Shown here: positions 15,925-24,557 of the stretch, one piece after another | How the letters are laid out: every line of letters begins with the position of its first letter | Numbering within the stretch: the stretch's first letter is position 1 | Origin: Telmatocola sphagniphila | GTDB lineage: Bacteria > Planctomycetota > Planctomycetia > Gemmatales > Gemmataceae | Assembly: GCF_018398935.1 (NCBI RefSeq) | Contig: NZ_CP074694.1 | Location: 300,001 to 332,000, forward strand | Length of the DNA: 32,000 nucleotides | Reading direction: 5' to 3' | The notes under the pieces: generated by a model | Told to the model about the DNA's origin: nothing | What the model saw: the letters and a program-made list of their open reading frames with translations, nothing else | Database searches by the model: none | Position numbers and translations under genes: made by a program

Positions 15925-18573
15925 GTGTTTCTATCTCGAACGTTTTTGATCGGTCTGGCCCTGTTGATCGGTGTTGAGGGCCTTCGGGCTCAAACGGAGA
16001 CATCGAGAGAACCCTCTGAAATACCCAAACTGATCAAGGATCTCGGAGCGCCTCGTTTTGCCGTGCGCGAAGCCGCGAAAAGAAAACTATGGGAAGCGGG
16101 CTTGCAGGCGGAAAGCGTTCTCCGCGAGGCGACCAAATCGAGCGATGCGGAGGTGGCCTCTTCTGCCAAAGAAATTCTCAATAAGATCGAGTGGGGTTAT
16201 CTCCCGGGTCAAACGGCCGAAATCCGCGATCTGATCGATGCATTTCGGGTGGGAGATTCAGCGGTTCGACAGGATTCCATCGCGGCACTCGCAAAAATTC
16301 GTCCGCTTCCCTTTGCAGTCCTCAGTCGAATTCTGCTCAAAGAGCAGAGCGTTGAAAATTCCATTCTTCAATATAGCCGATTAGCCAACGAATTGAATCC
16401 GGCCCTCTTTGATGCCATGCTGTCGGGACAGGAGGAAACCGCGCTGAAGTATCTCGAACTACTGGCCAAGGGGCCGGACTCTGGAATGCAGGCAAATTAT
16501 GGGGCTTTACTGAAAAAGAGAAATCGTCTTCCCGAAGCGATTGCCTATTGGACCCAGCAGGAAAATTTCAGTCCCATTCAGAAAGCGGCGGCCCCGGAAC
16601 TATTAGCCGGTTTGTACAAGTTGTCCGGGCAGGAAAATGAATCGCTGAACTGGGCGGGAAAAATTAAAAGTCCAAGTGTCCGAACGACCTTACTCTTCCA
16701 TTTCAATAACTGGAAAATTCTCGCGAAGGCGGAACTTGAGACTTTTAATCCTTCGACCAAGCTCGCCTTCCAAGCGCAGTCGCTGCTCCTGGCGGGCGAC
16801 GGGAAGGATGCCGCAAGAAAGATTGAGGAATTACTCCGTTCTGGGGAAGACCTCCAGGACGAACAGCTCCTCACGAATTGTTATTCGGACCTGATCCTGC
16901 TGGGTAAAGGTGAAGACGCGCTGGAGACACTCATCCGTCGCGGACGGTCCAAGACGCTCTGTTTCGAAACTTTATGCGCCCAGTTGAAGTTCAAGACAGC
17001 TTTCAAAATGCTGGAGGAGGCCGATCGCGGTGTGATCTCGCCAGTCCCCGATGTACAGAGCGAGATTAGTCGAGCCAAGATTCTGGCACTGCTGGGGGAA
17101 AAAGAAGCGGCGATACAAATCTTCCGCAAAAAATTCGAGGAGTTTCGAAGTCAAAAATTCTCCGCGCGGGAATTGGTGACTCAGGAATGGAATTCGGGGT
17201 TTAAGGATCTGGTTTTCGAGCAGCTTGCGGATTTTTTCAAGTCCCGGTCTCTGATGGATTACGACGATGTCCTCGACGCCAGGACGTTTACTTCGATTAT
17301 CGACAATGGTCAACAGCTTCTGAACTGGATCATTCTTTTCCGGGAGCTTGCCCCGGAGGAATCCCTGTTCAATCACTGTCAAAAAGCCTATCGGATACTC
17401 GAGGGAAAAGAGTCGCGGGCGAAGACCGATCAGGCAATAACTGCTCTGCTGAAAACGCCGATCCAAGAGTACGTGGAACAACAAATAGAAGGCAAGGCGA
17501 AAAAGATCTGCAGCTTGAGATTCGAGATGCAGGCGACTGCCTATCTCGCTCTCAACGATCTTATCGCCGCGGAGAAAGTCTTTAAGGAAAACCTCAATAA
17601 TCCCAACCTGCAATTGATGTACGCCGATTTTCTCTTCGAGCGAGAACGATACCTCGAAGCGGCTGACCAGTTTGGATTGGTCGCCCAATCGAAGCGAAGC
17701 GCGCTGGCCGTCGTGCTGAAGGGGATCTGTCTGATTCGGGCCGGGAAGATGGAGGAAGGAAAAAAACTTTGCGAACTCGGGCATTGGTTGCCTCTGGCAG
17801 ATGCGGAAGAGCGAACCGCCCTCATCCGCGGCCTGCAAAATCGAGGCTTGAACTCTGAAGTCGAGCCGGAACTCGATCTGATTCTGCAACTCTGCTGGCC
17901 AGGGGATTCGAGTTATATCAATGCCTTGAACCGAAAGGCTCGCTTAGTTGTGAGGACTCGAGGATATGCCGGGGCGGCCCTGAGGATTCGAAAGTGCATT
18001 TTGGGTTGTCTCATGACCGAGATGCGATTCATCGACCCCTCTTTCTTTTTGATCACTCCCGAATCGGCGAATGCCTTTCAATCTTTAGAAATGCTGGAAA
18101 AAGGGCAGATTCCAGACTCGGTAGAAATTCTCCGAAAGCATTTGAAAGTGCTGCCTGGGGATATTTCTTCGGTTCTGGTCGCTTATCCGAAATTGAAATT
18201 GCTCGGCAAACTAATGGAGGCGGATGCCCTTTGGAAAATCAGCCACGATGCTTATCTCGAAGTGGTTGCGGAATATCCCAAGTATGCCGAGGGTTGGAAT
18301 TCCATCGCTTGGTTGAATGTGAATTGCCGTAAAGATCTCCAGGAAGCACTGCGCTGCGCCACCAAGGCCGTAGAACTTGAACCGGGCAATACGAGTTATC
18401 TGGACACTAAAGCGGAATCTCTGTTCTGCCTCGGACAAAAAGAAAAAGCAATTGAACTGGCAAAAGCCTGCATCAAAATCGATCCGCGACGGAACTACTA
18501 CAAGAGACAACTCGCTCGCTTCCAGACCCAATCTCCGGAAAAAAGCTTTCCAGAGGAAGAAGATGATTTTTGA
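15925..18573 (+). CDS. Secreted TPR/HEAT-like repeat protein (882 aa)
   Basis: GTG start after AGGGAGGGA. The signal peptide is MFLSRTFLIGLALLIGVEGLRAQ. The protein is helical-repeat rich throughout, with clear C-terminal TPRs (EGWNSIAWLNVNCRKDLQEALRCATKAVELEPGNTSYLDTKAESLFCLGQKEKAIELAKACIKIDP). Confidence 0.85.
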   Translation: MFLSRTFLIGLALLIGVEGLRAQTETSREPSEIPKLIKDLGAPRFAVREAAKRKLWEAGLQAESVLREATKSSDAEVASSAKEILNKIEWGYLPGQTAEIRDLIDAFRVGDSAVRQDSIAALAKIRPLPFAVLSRILLKEQSVENSILQYSRLANELNPALFDAMLSGQEETALKYLELLAKGPDSGMQANYGALLKKRNRLPEAIAYWTQQENFSPIQKAAAPELLAGLYKLSGQENESLNWAGKIKSPSVRTTLLFHFNNWKILAKAELETFNPSTKLAFQAQSLLLAGDGKDAARKIEELLRSGEDLQDEQLLTNCYSDLILLGKGEDALETLIRRGRSKTLCFETLCAQLKFKTAFKMLEEADRGVISPVPDVQSEISRAKILALLGEKEAAIQIFRKKFEEFRSQKFSARELVTQEWNSGFKDLVFEQLADFFKSRSLMDYDDVLDARTFTSIIDNGQQLLNWIILFRELAPEESLFNHCQKAYRILEGKESRAKTDQAITALLKTPIQEYVEQQIEGKAKKICSLRFEMQATAYLALNDLIAAEKVFKENLNNPNLQLMYADFLFERERYLEAADQFGLVAQSKRSALAVVLKGICLIRAGKMEEGKKLCELGHWLPLADAEERTALIRGLQNRGLNSEVEPELDLILQLCWPGDSSYINALNRKARLVVRTRGYAGAALRIRKCILGCLMTEMRFIDPSFFLITPESANAFQSLEMLEKGQIPDSVEILRKHLKVLPGDISSVLVAYPKLKLLGKLMEADALWKISHDAYLEVVAEYPKYAEGWNSIAWLNVNCRKDLQEALRCATKAVELEPGNTSYLDTKAESLFCLGQKEKAIELAKACIKIDPRRNYYKRQLARFQTQSPEKSFPEEEDDF

Positions 18574-18585
18574 GCGAGTCGAGGA

Positions 18586-21500
18586 TTACTTACCGATCAC
18601 CTGAACAGTGCCATCCAGCATCGGAATGAGGTAGGAACCATTCGGTGAGAATAAGGCTCCGGAAGAGGGGGCGGTTGGATAACTCACCGGTTTCTGACTG
18701 CGCAGGTTTCCATCGCTCAATCCAATTGTCTCGATTTGCCCGCTGGCCAAAGTGAGCTGCACTGTATCGGTATCGGCGAGAGTCGCTCCCAGAATCATTT
18801 CCGAATCATCGAATGTTTTCGATGCTCGCGGCTTGGTCTCGCCCAGATAGCAAATATCCATTCGGTCAGGTTGAATAACCACCCAGCCTGGCTTGCCTGC
18901 CGAGCTAAAGGGCAGGGCATGAACTCGAACCTGCCAGGCATTTTTGTTCAGCGTAATCTTTCCCGCCGATGTCGCGGGGCCACTACCCTGCGAATCTCGA
19001 GTGGTCATCTCGCCGGTTTCATCGAGCAACAGAATCTGTGTTTCACTGATCGATGCGAGTGCCAGGATTCGCCGGGGATTGGTGAACTTACCGATCATCT
19101 CGAAGGCGGTCGAATCCCAGATATTCACCTGTCGGTCGCCGTCGGTAATCGCAAATTTGTCGGCTCCAATCCGGGCCAGCAAAGCGTTCCCTGGGGAGGT
19201 GTTGCCGACCCGCCAGTTCGGTCCGGGTTCCAGGGCGAAATTGTTTGCGCGTCCCGAACGGTACAATCTTCCATCCAGTAGGGGCAAAATCAATTCCTGA
19301 TCGGTCAATAACGGAGTGGCCGCCAATGCCGCCGGTGGGAGTTTAATCGCATACTGTTCAAACTTCTCCGCATCGAGAACGCGAATCAGAAGCATCAGTT
19401 CGCCGGCTTTGCGAATTTGAGCCACCTGAACGAGCGATTGCCCATTGGGCGACATCAGGCGAATAGGGACATCTATCAGTCCCTCTATGGAATCGGCAAA
19501 ACTGGTCGATTGAATCGTCAATCCGTCGTTGAATTTGGCAGGATCGAACTGATAGATTCGCCCGTTCCGGTCGAACATCCAGACCTTGTTCATCCAATTC
19601 ACCAGTTCCGGCGATTGACAACCCAGCTGGCGTTTCCAGCGAATTTTTCCTGTCTGGAGATCGATCGAAGTCAGTACGCATTTCTGGGTTTCGGTAGCAG
19701 TCTGAAGGATGGCCGATTCGCCAAACAACCAGGGGGCTCGTTCCAGCCGGCCCAGATTGCCTATTAACTTTGCTGTCGAGTGAGTGACACCTTGCGTTCG
19801 CTGGAATCCGAACCGGATCTGCCAGAGATCTCCCTGGTGATAATACAAGGCGTCGGTCTCCCGGAAACGCAGCCAGGTCAGGGAATCGAAGTTGGACGAT
19901 TCCTCTTTCGGGAAACCGAACTGGGTGACAATCGGCAGGCTCTCCCGTCCGCTGGAATTTGCCGCCAGTTGGCGAACCTGCATTTGATTTGTCTCGTCCA
20001 CCAGTGCAATCCGATCTCCATCGATGGCGATGGAACCTTGAATTAAAAGAGGTGATTCGGCGTCACTGCTCGCTTTCGCATCGTTGGAAAGTTTCAGCCA
20101 GCGCAGCGCCCGGCGATGCTCTCCGCGAGGTTGAATTCGGATAGCCAGGGGCGTTTTGTTTTCCCCCGTGCTGATCGGCCAGATGAGATTCTGACTCCCG
20201 GTGGAAGTATCTGAAGGATCGAGCATGATGCTATCGATGAGCCGGGGGGCTTCTTTAATCTGCACATCGCTGGGCCAGCGGAACACATAAGCGGCCCGGC
20301 CATCGGCAATCCAGTAGACACTCGAGCTTGTCGGTTCGACAAGCACTTCGCCGGAGCGTGCAGAGCCCAGTTTCATGGCACCCAGAATGGTCCCGGTCCG
20401 CAGTTCGATTTCCCATACCGCCACCGCGGCTACTCCATCGAAGGACTTTCCGGCGAAGAGGATCTTCTCGCCATAGACACGCGGTGAACCCGAGATGCGA
20501 AATGGCAGTTTCTGCGACCAGAGAATTTTCCCCTGTTGATTTTCCCGCAATTCGATGGTGTTTTCCTGAGCGGTGCGATGAACGACGAGATGGCGGTCTT
20601 CCGCCGGGGTGTTGCCGCGGAGTTCATACCATTCCCCGGGATCGCCGATGGATTGCACCCAGGCCAATTCTCCCGATTCCGCTTCGTAGCCGTACAGAAG
20701 TCCCAGAGTGCTCGCGATGAAAATCCGCTTAGGCTCTTCCAGAAATCGTCGTTCGGGATCGTCGTACGCCTTCAGTGCAAATACCAGCCCACTCAGTTTT
20801 CGATCCGGCACGGCCTTGCCGGGAGTTAGGTCTTTATAAGGCTCGTAGACGAACAATTTCTGGAGGCCGGACTCGGCATCGGTGAAAATTTTGCGGACTT
20901 CCGGATCGTTCTCCAACTTGCGGGAGATTGCTTCCTCCCGGATTTTGCGAATGGAGGAATCGTCCGGCTTTTCGAGTCGCTTGCGCCAATCTTCGATGAA
21001 AACTAATCGTTGTTCCAGATCCTCAATCCGCTTATTCAGCGCGAGGATCGCCTGCTCGGCCTGCTGATCGGGGGCGACCTCCAACGGTCGCAATTCGCCG
21101 ATGAGTGTTTGGATCGGCACCAGATTCGTCAGTTCCTTTTTGACGGCGGCTACCGTTTCGGCATTCAGCTTAGCAGTCAAGTAGTCGACGGCATCTTCCT
21201 GCAAGCGCGAGGCGGCTTGCCAGATTTCCACGCCGTAACGATCCTTGGCGGTGAATGGCTTGAGATCTTTATCTTCCGTCCTTCGCAGAAAAGCCATCAA
21301 ACGGTCGATGGCAGGTTGCGGATCTTTTCGAGTGACAATGGAATCTACCTGCGCGCGAAGTTGCGATAACTCAGCCAGAAACTGAGCTTCTTTCTGTTTC
21401 GGATTGGTCGGATAAGACTTTGCAAATTCTTCGAACTGAGTTTTAGCTGCCTCGAAGTTTTTCTTCTTAAAGTCGGCCTCGGCAGATTCCCATAAGCGAT

Positions 21501-21951
21501 CCGGCGCCAGGGCTAAATGCTGTTTGAGATAAACGGCCCCGGCGACAACTCCACCCGCGATAATCACCAGCATGCTGACGATTGCCAGAATGCGATTGGG
21601 AGACAATTTTTGTTTCGGCGGTAGGACATTGACTTTGGGAGGGATAAAAAACGGCGGCGGAGTCAGTTCTTCGGAGGAGGCCGTGTCTTCCACGCTCGGT
21701 GGATGCAAATCCTGGCCTTCGCTCCAAACGAATTCCTTGGGGCTCAGATCGGGCTTGGCTGGTTTTGGGAGATTGGGAGGAGTGCTTGGCGTCGCACTCG
21801 GTGGATCGGAAGTCGGAGGGGATTTCTCCGCCACAAGTTCTGCGATTAGAAAGACAGTTTTACAGGTGGGACAGCGCATTTTTTTGCCGAGCATATCCCG
21901 ATTCAGGAAATAGCGGCTCTGACATTCTGGACATTCTGTCGTTATGGACAC
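18586..21951 (-). CDS. 1121-aa membrane protein: N-terminal MJ0042-type zinc ribbon, Pro-rich linker, one TM helix, helical region, then PQQ/BamB-like beta-propeller repeats
   Basis: The zinc ribbon is CPECQSRYFLNRDMLGKKMRCPTCKTVF and the TM helix is ILAIVSMLVIIAGGVVAGAVYL. Recurrent propeller-blade motifs appear after it (SGELAWVQSIG, QGKILWSQKL, TGKIRWKRQLG, NGRIYQFD). Confidence 0.88.
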   Translation of the reverse strand: MSITTECPECQSRYFLNRDMLGKKMRCPTCKTVFLIAELVAEKSPPTSDPPSATPSTPPNLPKPAKPDLSPKEFVWSEGQDLHPPSVEDTASSEELTPPPFFIPPKVNVLPPKQKLSPNRILAIVSMLVIIAGGVVAGAVYLKQHLALAPDRLWESAEADFKKKNFEAAKTQFEEFAKSYPTNPKQKEAQFLAELSQLRAQVDSIVTRKDPQPAIDRLMAFLRRTEDKDLKPFTAKDRYGVEIWQAASRLQEDAVDYLTAKLNAETVAAVKKELTNLVPIQTLIGELRPLEVAPDQQAEQAILALNKRIEDLEQRLVFIEDWRKRLEKPDDSSIRKIREEAISRKLENDPEVRKIFTDAESGLQKLFVYEPYKDLTPGKAVPDRKLSGLVFALKAYDDPERRFLEEPKRIFIASTLGLLYGYEAESGELAWVQSIGDPGEWYELRGNTPAEDRHLVVHRTAQENTIELRENQQGKILWSQKLPFRISGSPRVYGEKILFAGKSFDGVAAVAVWEIELRTGTILGAMKLGSARSGEVLVEPTSSSVYWIADGRAAYVFRWPSDVQIKEAPRLIDSIMLDPSDTSTGSQNLIWPISTGENKTPLAIRIQPRGEHRRALRWLKLSNDAKASSDAESPLLIQGSIAIDGDRIALVDETNQMQVRQLAANSSGRESLPIVTQFGFPKEESSNFDSLTWLRFRETDALYYHQGDLWQIRFGFQRTQGVTHSTAKLIGNLGRLERAPWLFGESAILQTATETQKCVLTSIDLQTGKIRWKRQLGCQSPELVNWMNKVWMFDRNGRIYQFDPAKFNDGLTIQSTSFADSIEGLIDVPIRLMSPNGQSLVQVAQIRKAGELMLLIRVLDAEKFEQYAIKLPPAALAATPLLTDQELILPLLDGRLYRSGRANNFALEPGPNWRVGNTSPGNALLARIGADKFAITDGDRQVNIWDSTAFEMIGKFTNPRRILALASISETQILLLDETGEMTTRDSQGSGPATSAGKITLNKNAWQVRVHALPFSSAGKPGWVVIQPDRMDICYLGETKPRASKTFDDSEMILGATLADTDTVQLTLASGQIETIGLSDGNLRSQKPVSYPTAPSSGALFSPNGSYLIPMLDGTVQVIGK

Positions 21952-22027
21952 GATGCGGCTTCCTACTGATGCTGAAGATATGGTGCCGAATTCCGATCCC
22001 GCCTAAAAAATTCTATTTATAGCTGCC

Positions 22028-22057
22028 GTAGTCGCCCTTTGGGGTTGTCGCGACTAC
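22028..22057. promoter_or_regulatory. 8-bp inverted repeat GTAGTCGC-N14-GCGACTAC in a divergent promoter region
   Basis: Read directly. It lies between the giant protein gene (-) and dedA (+). Function is unknown. Confidence 0.2.
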
Positions 22058-22154
22058 CTCTTTATGCTTAGTTTAATGGGATATGTTAAGTTTTACTACC
22101 TTGCAATTCGAACGCATACCGGCTTTCCTCGAAGCCCGTCCCCGAGGATAGTGC

Positions 22155-23033
22155 ATGGTTTGGCCAGACGTCTATCACTACGCAATTCCCTTTTTCACTC
22201 TGATCCTCTCTGGATTTGCGCTGCCCGTTCCGGAGGAAATGGTCCTTACGGCCGCGGGAGTACTGTGCGGTCGCGATGCTCAGATCTACTGGCAGGTTAT
22301 GATCCCGGTTTGCATCCTTGGCATCGCCATCGGGGATTCGGCTCTCTACTTCATCGGCTGGATGTGGGGGGCCAAGCTGGTTGAAAAAGCCTGGATCAAA
22401 CGGAAATTCCTTTCCGAAGAAAAGCGTCATAAAATCAAGCAAAATTACAACGAGTATGGCCTGGCTATTGTCCTCTTCGCTCGAATCGTCCCGGGAGTGA
22501 GGACTCCCGTATTTTTGATGGCCGGGATTCTCAAGTTGAAGTTCCTGAGATTTATGTTGATGGATGCGGTTTGCTCCATCCCCGGGACAATTATTTTCTT
22601 CAGCCTCGGCTACTGGTTCACCGATCAGTTTCTGGCTGCCTTGGAACGAGTCGAGGGCAATCGGCCGTTGGTTATGGTGGTCGTACTCGCGGCTATCGGC
22701 GGCTACGTGCTGTACTCCCTGAAATCTCGAAAAGTCGCGACCGGCGACCCGAGCTCGATACCGATGATCGGCGGTCAACTCGGCAGTATTGCCCACCATC
22801 AGCACGCTCGACATGAGACGGAGCCCTCGCAAAGCGGTAAAGTGGAATTGGTGGAGTTCAAAGTTTTGCCTCCGGTAGAGCCCGTGCCGAAGCCAGTCGC
22901 TGAGATCGACTCCCTTCCACCGATTCCTCCGATTGAAAAACCCCTGGAAGTCGAAGGTTGTCTCGACCTCGAAAAACCTAAATCTCCACTGCCGAAGAAA
23001 ACGGAACTCCCGCCTCCTACTTCAGCGCCCTGA
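22155..23033 (+). CDS. DedA/VTT-family membrane protein with a proline-rich C-terminal tail
   Basis: It has LPVPEEMVLTAAG and the NEYGLAIVLFARIVPGVRTPVFLMAGILKL signature typical of DedA (SNARE-associated) proteins. The tail is PPVEPVPKPVAEIDSLPPIPPIEKP... Confidence 0.85.
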   Translation: MVWPDVYHYAIPFFTLILSGFALPVPEEMVLTAAGVLCGRDAQIYWQVMIPVCILGIAIGDSALYFIGWMWGAKLVEKAWIKRKFLSEEKRHKIKQNYNEYGLAIVLFARIVPGVRTPVFLMAGILKLKFLRFMLMDAVCSIPGTIIFFSLGYWFTDQFLAALERVEGNRPLVMVVVLAAIGGYVLYSLKSRKVATGDPSSIPMIGGQLGSIAHHQHARHETEPSQSGKVELVEFKVLPPVEPVPKPVAEIDSLPPIPPIEKPLEVEGCLDLEKPKSPLPKKTELPPPTSAP

Positions 23034-24428
23034 ACTGATTTGCAGCACCGATCCATCCGGCTGAACTTTGTTGAACCAGGCTACGAACTGCTTTTCAAAA
23101 TCCGCAGTCGAATCATTCGTCCATTTCTCGAAAGCCGCTATCGGATCGTGCCCTTCCTTCAATTTCGCGAGATAAGCATCCAGCAACTCCGGCGTGATCT
23201 GCTTTCGCTCCAGGAGCAGAAAGGTCACATAACCCCATGAGGCCAAATAGCTGGCGTCCGATTTCAACTTCTGACCGGCATGCTCGATTACAAAATCGTC
23301 GCGACCCGATTTCAGGATGGAACGCAAAGCGGGTAACTGATTAGCGGCGATCATCTCTTTCACCCGCAACCATTTTTCTCGATCCAAATGGCCGATGCGC
23401 AACTCTCCCGCTTCAACCAGCGAGCTCTCGAATATCTGTGCCAGACCCTCATTCAGCCAGCGTGGAAGTTCAGTGGAGGATTGACTCAACTGCGGGTAGA
23501 GCCAGGTGCCGACGTAGGCGTGAAATGATTCGTGATACAGAATGGCGAAAAGCTGCTGGGTGGCCTGATTAAAAACAAAATCATTCCGCTTGTCGGTTTG
23601 GCCGATTCGTTTGCGTTCTTCCTGAATCGGTTCGAGTAAGCGGGCCAGATCGGCTTTCTGCTTCGAATAAAGTTTTTTGAGTTCGTTCTCCTGCTTTTCC
23701 AGTTCGGCCAGTCGGGATTGATGCTGTTTGCGAACGACCGACAAGTCCTGGCCGAGACGCATCAAATCGCTACCGCAGAAAATCTCGTTGGTTTTCGGAT
23801 CGTAAAACGCCGGATTCTGAATCGTGCGATCGCGCCGCACCATCGATTGAATGTATTCTTCCCGAGCGAGAAAGAGATAAATCGTCGTCGGTTCCCGCTT
23901 GTCAAATTTGGGGGGCAAGATGCGGGAGAAGGCCGCAAAAACCTGCTCCAGTCGCACGGCCGAGCGACGCACGATTTCTTCCGGAGCATTGGAGATCAAT
24001 CGAAAATAGTCCGATTCGTAGATCAGCCCGCCGTTTTTATGACCGAACCAGTCCGTGGCTTTCAAATCGAGTTGTTCCATTCGACGGCGTTCGTTTTCTC
24101 CTTTCGGATCCAGCTCTTCGATCTTCTCCTTGAGAATCAGGCGATCCGCTTCCGGCAACCGCTCGATCTTCTCGATGTCCTTCTTCTCGAAAGTGGCTGT
24201 GACTAACAAGGTGGGTCGATTGGTTTGTCGGCGGACATTCTGAAATCGCAGAGTGGTCGGGTTTTCTTCGAGTATCAGACCTTTCCAGACAGCGCCGTTT
24301 TTCAATTGAATGACATCGAAAGGCCAATCCTTATTGAGAGGGACTTGTCCCAGAAGAGTGAAGGCGCAGAAGCTCAGGAAAAGCCAGCCAGCGCCCAGGC
24401 ATCGCAGTAAAGGAAGGAACAGAGTCAT
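23022..24428 (-). CDS. Secreted HEXXH protein, DUF1570-like putative metallopeptidase
   Basis: The signal peptide is MTLFLPLLRCLGAGWLFLSFCAFTLLG. It carries YHESFHAY (HExxH) followed by WLNEGLAQIFE. The family assignment is from memory of planctomycete DUF1570 proteins. The 3' end overlaps the dedA 3' end by 12 nt. Confidence 0.8.
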   Translation of the reverse strand: MTLFLPLLRCLGAGWLFLSFCAFTLLGQVPLNKDWPFDVIQLKNGAVWKGLILEENPTTLRFQNVRRQTNRPTLLVTATFEKKDIEKIERLPEADRLILKEKIEELDPKGENERRRMEQLDLKATDWFGHKNGGLIYESDYFRLISNAPEEIVRRSAVRLEQVFAAFSRILPPKFDKREPTTIYLFLAREEYIQSMVRRDRTIQNPAFYDPKTNEIFCGSDLMRLGQDLSVVRKQHQSRLAELEKQENELKKLYSKQKADLARLLEPIQEERKRIGQTDKRNDFVFNQATQQLFAILYHESFHAYVGTWLYPQLSQSSTELPRWLNEGLAQIFESSLVEAGELRIGHLDREKWLRVKEMIAANQLPALRSILKSGRDDFVIEHAGQKLKSDASYLASWGYVTFLLLERKQITPELLDAYLAKLKEGHDPIAAFEKWTNDSTADFEKQFVAWFNKVQPDGSVLQISSGR

Positions 24429-24557
24429 TCACACTTCGCGGGATTAAGAACGAGTCGATTCCAATATACCCTCTCCTACACCAGACTACCATAAGCTGCT
24501 TGAGATTTTTAGGACAGTTAGTCCCAAATATTCAGCAGAAGAAAGTTTCGTTAAGCT

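Noticed and set aside
16972-17889. 305-aa reverse ORF, plus similar long antisense ORFs (273..764, 975..1505, 7365..8021, 12722..13336, 22086..22832, 24597..25190, 28072..28599)
   Set aside because: All lie entirely inside strongly supported genes on the opposite strand (TPR protein, kinase, sensor kinase, clpC, dedA, bioDA, bioB). None has a recognisable motif.
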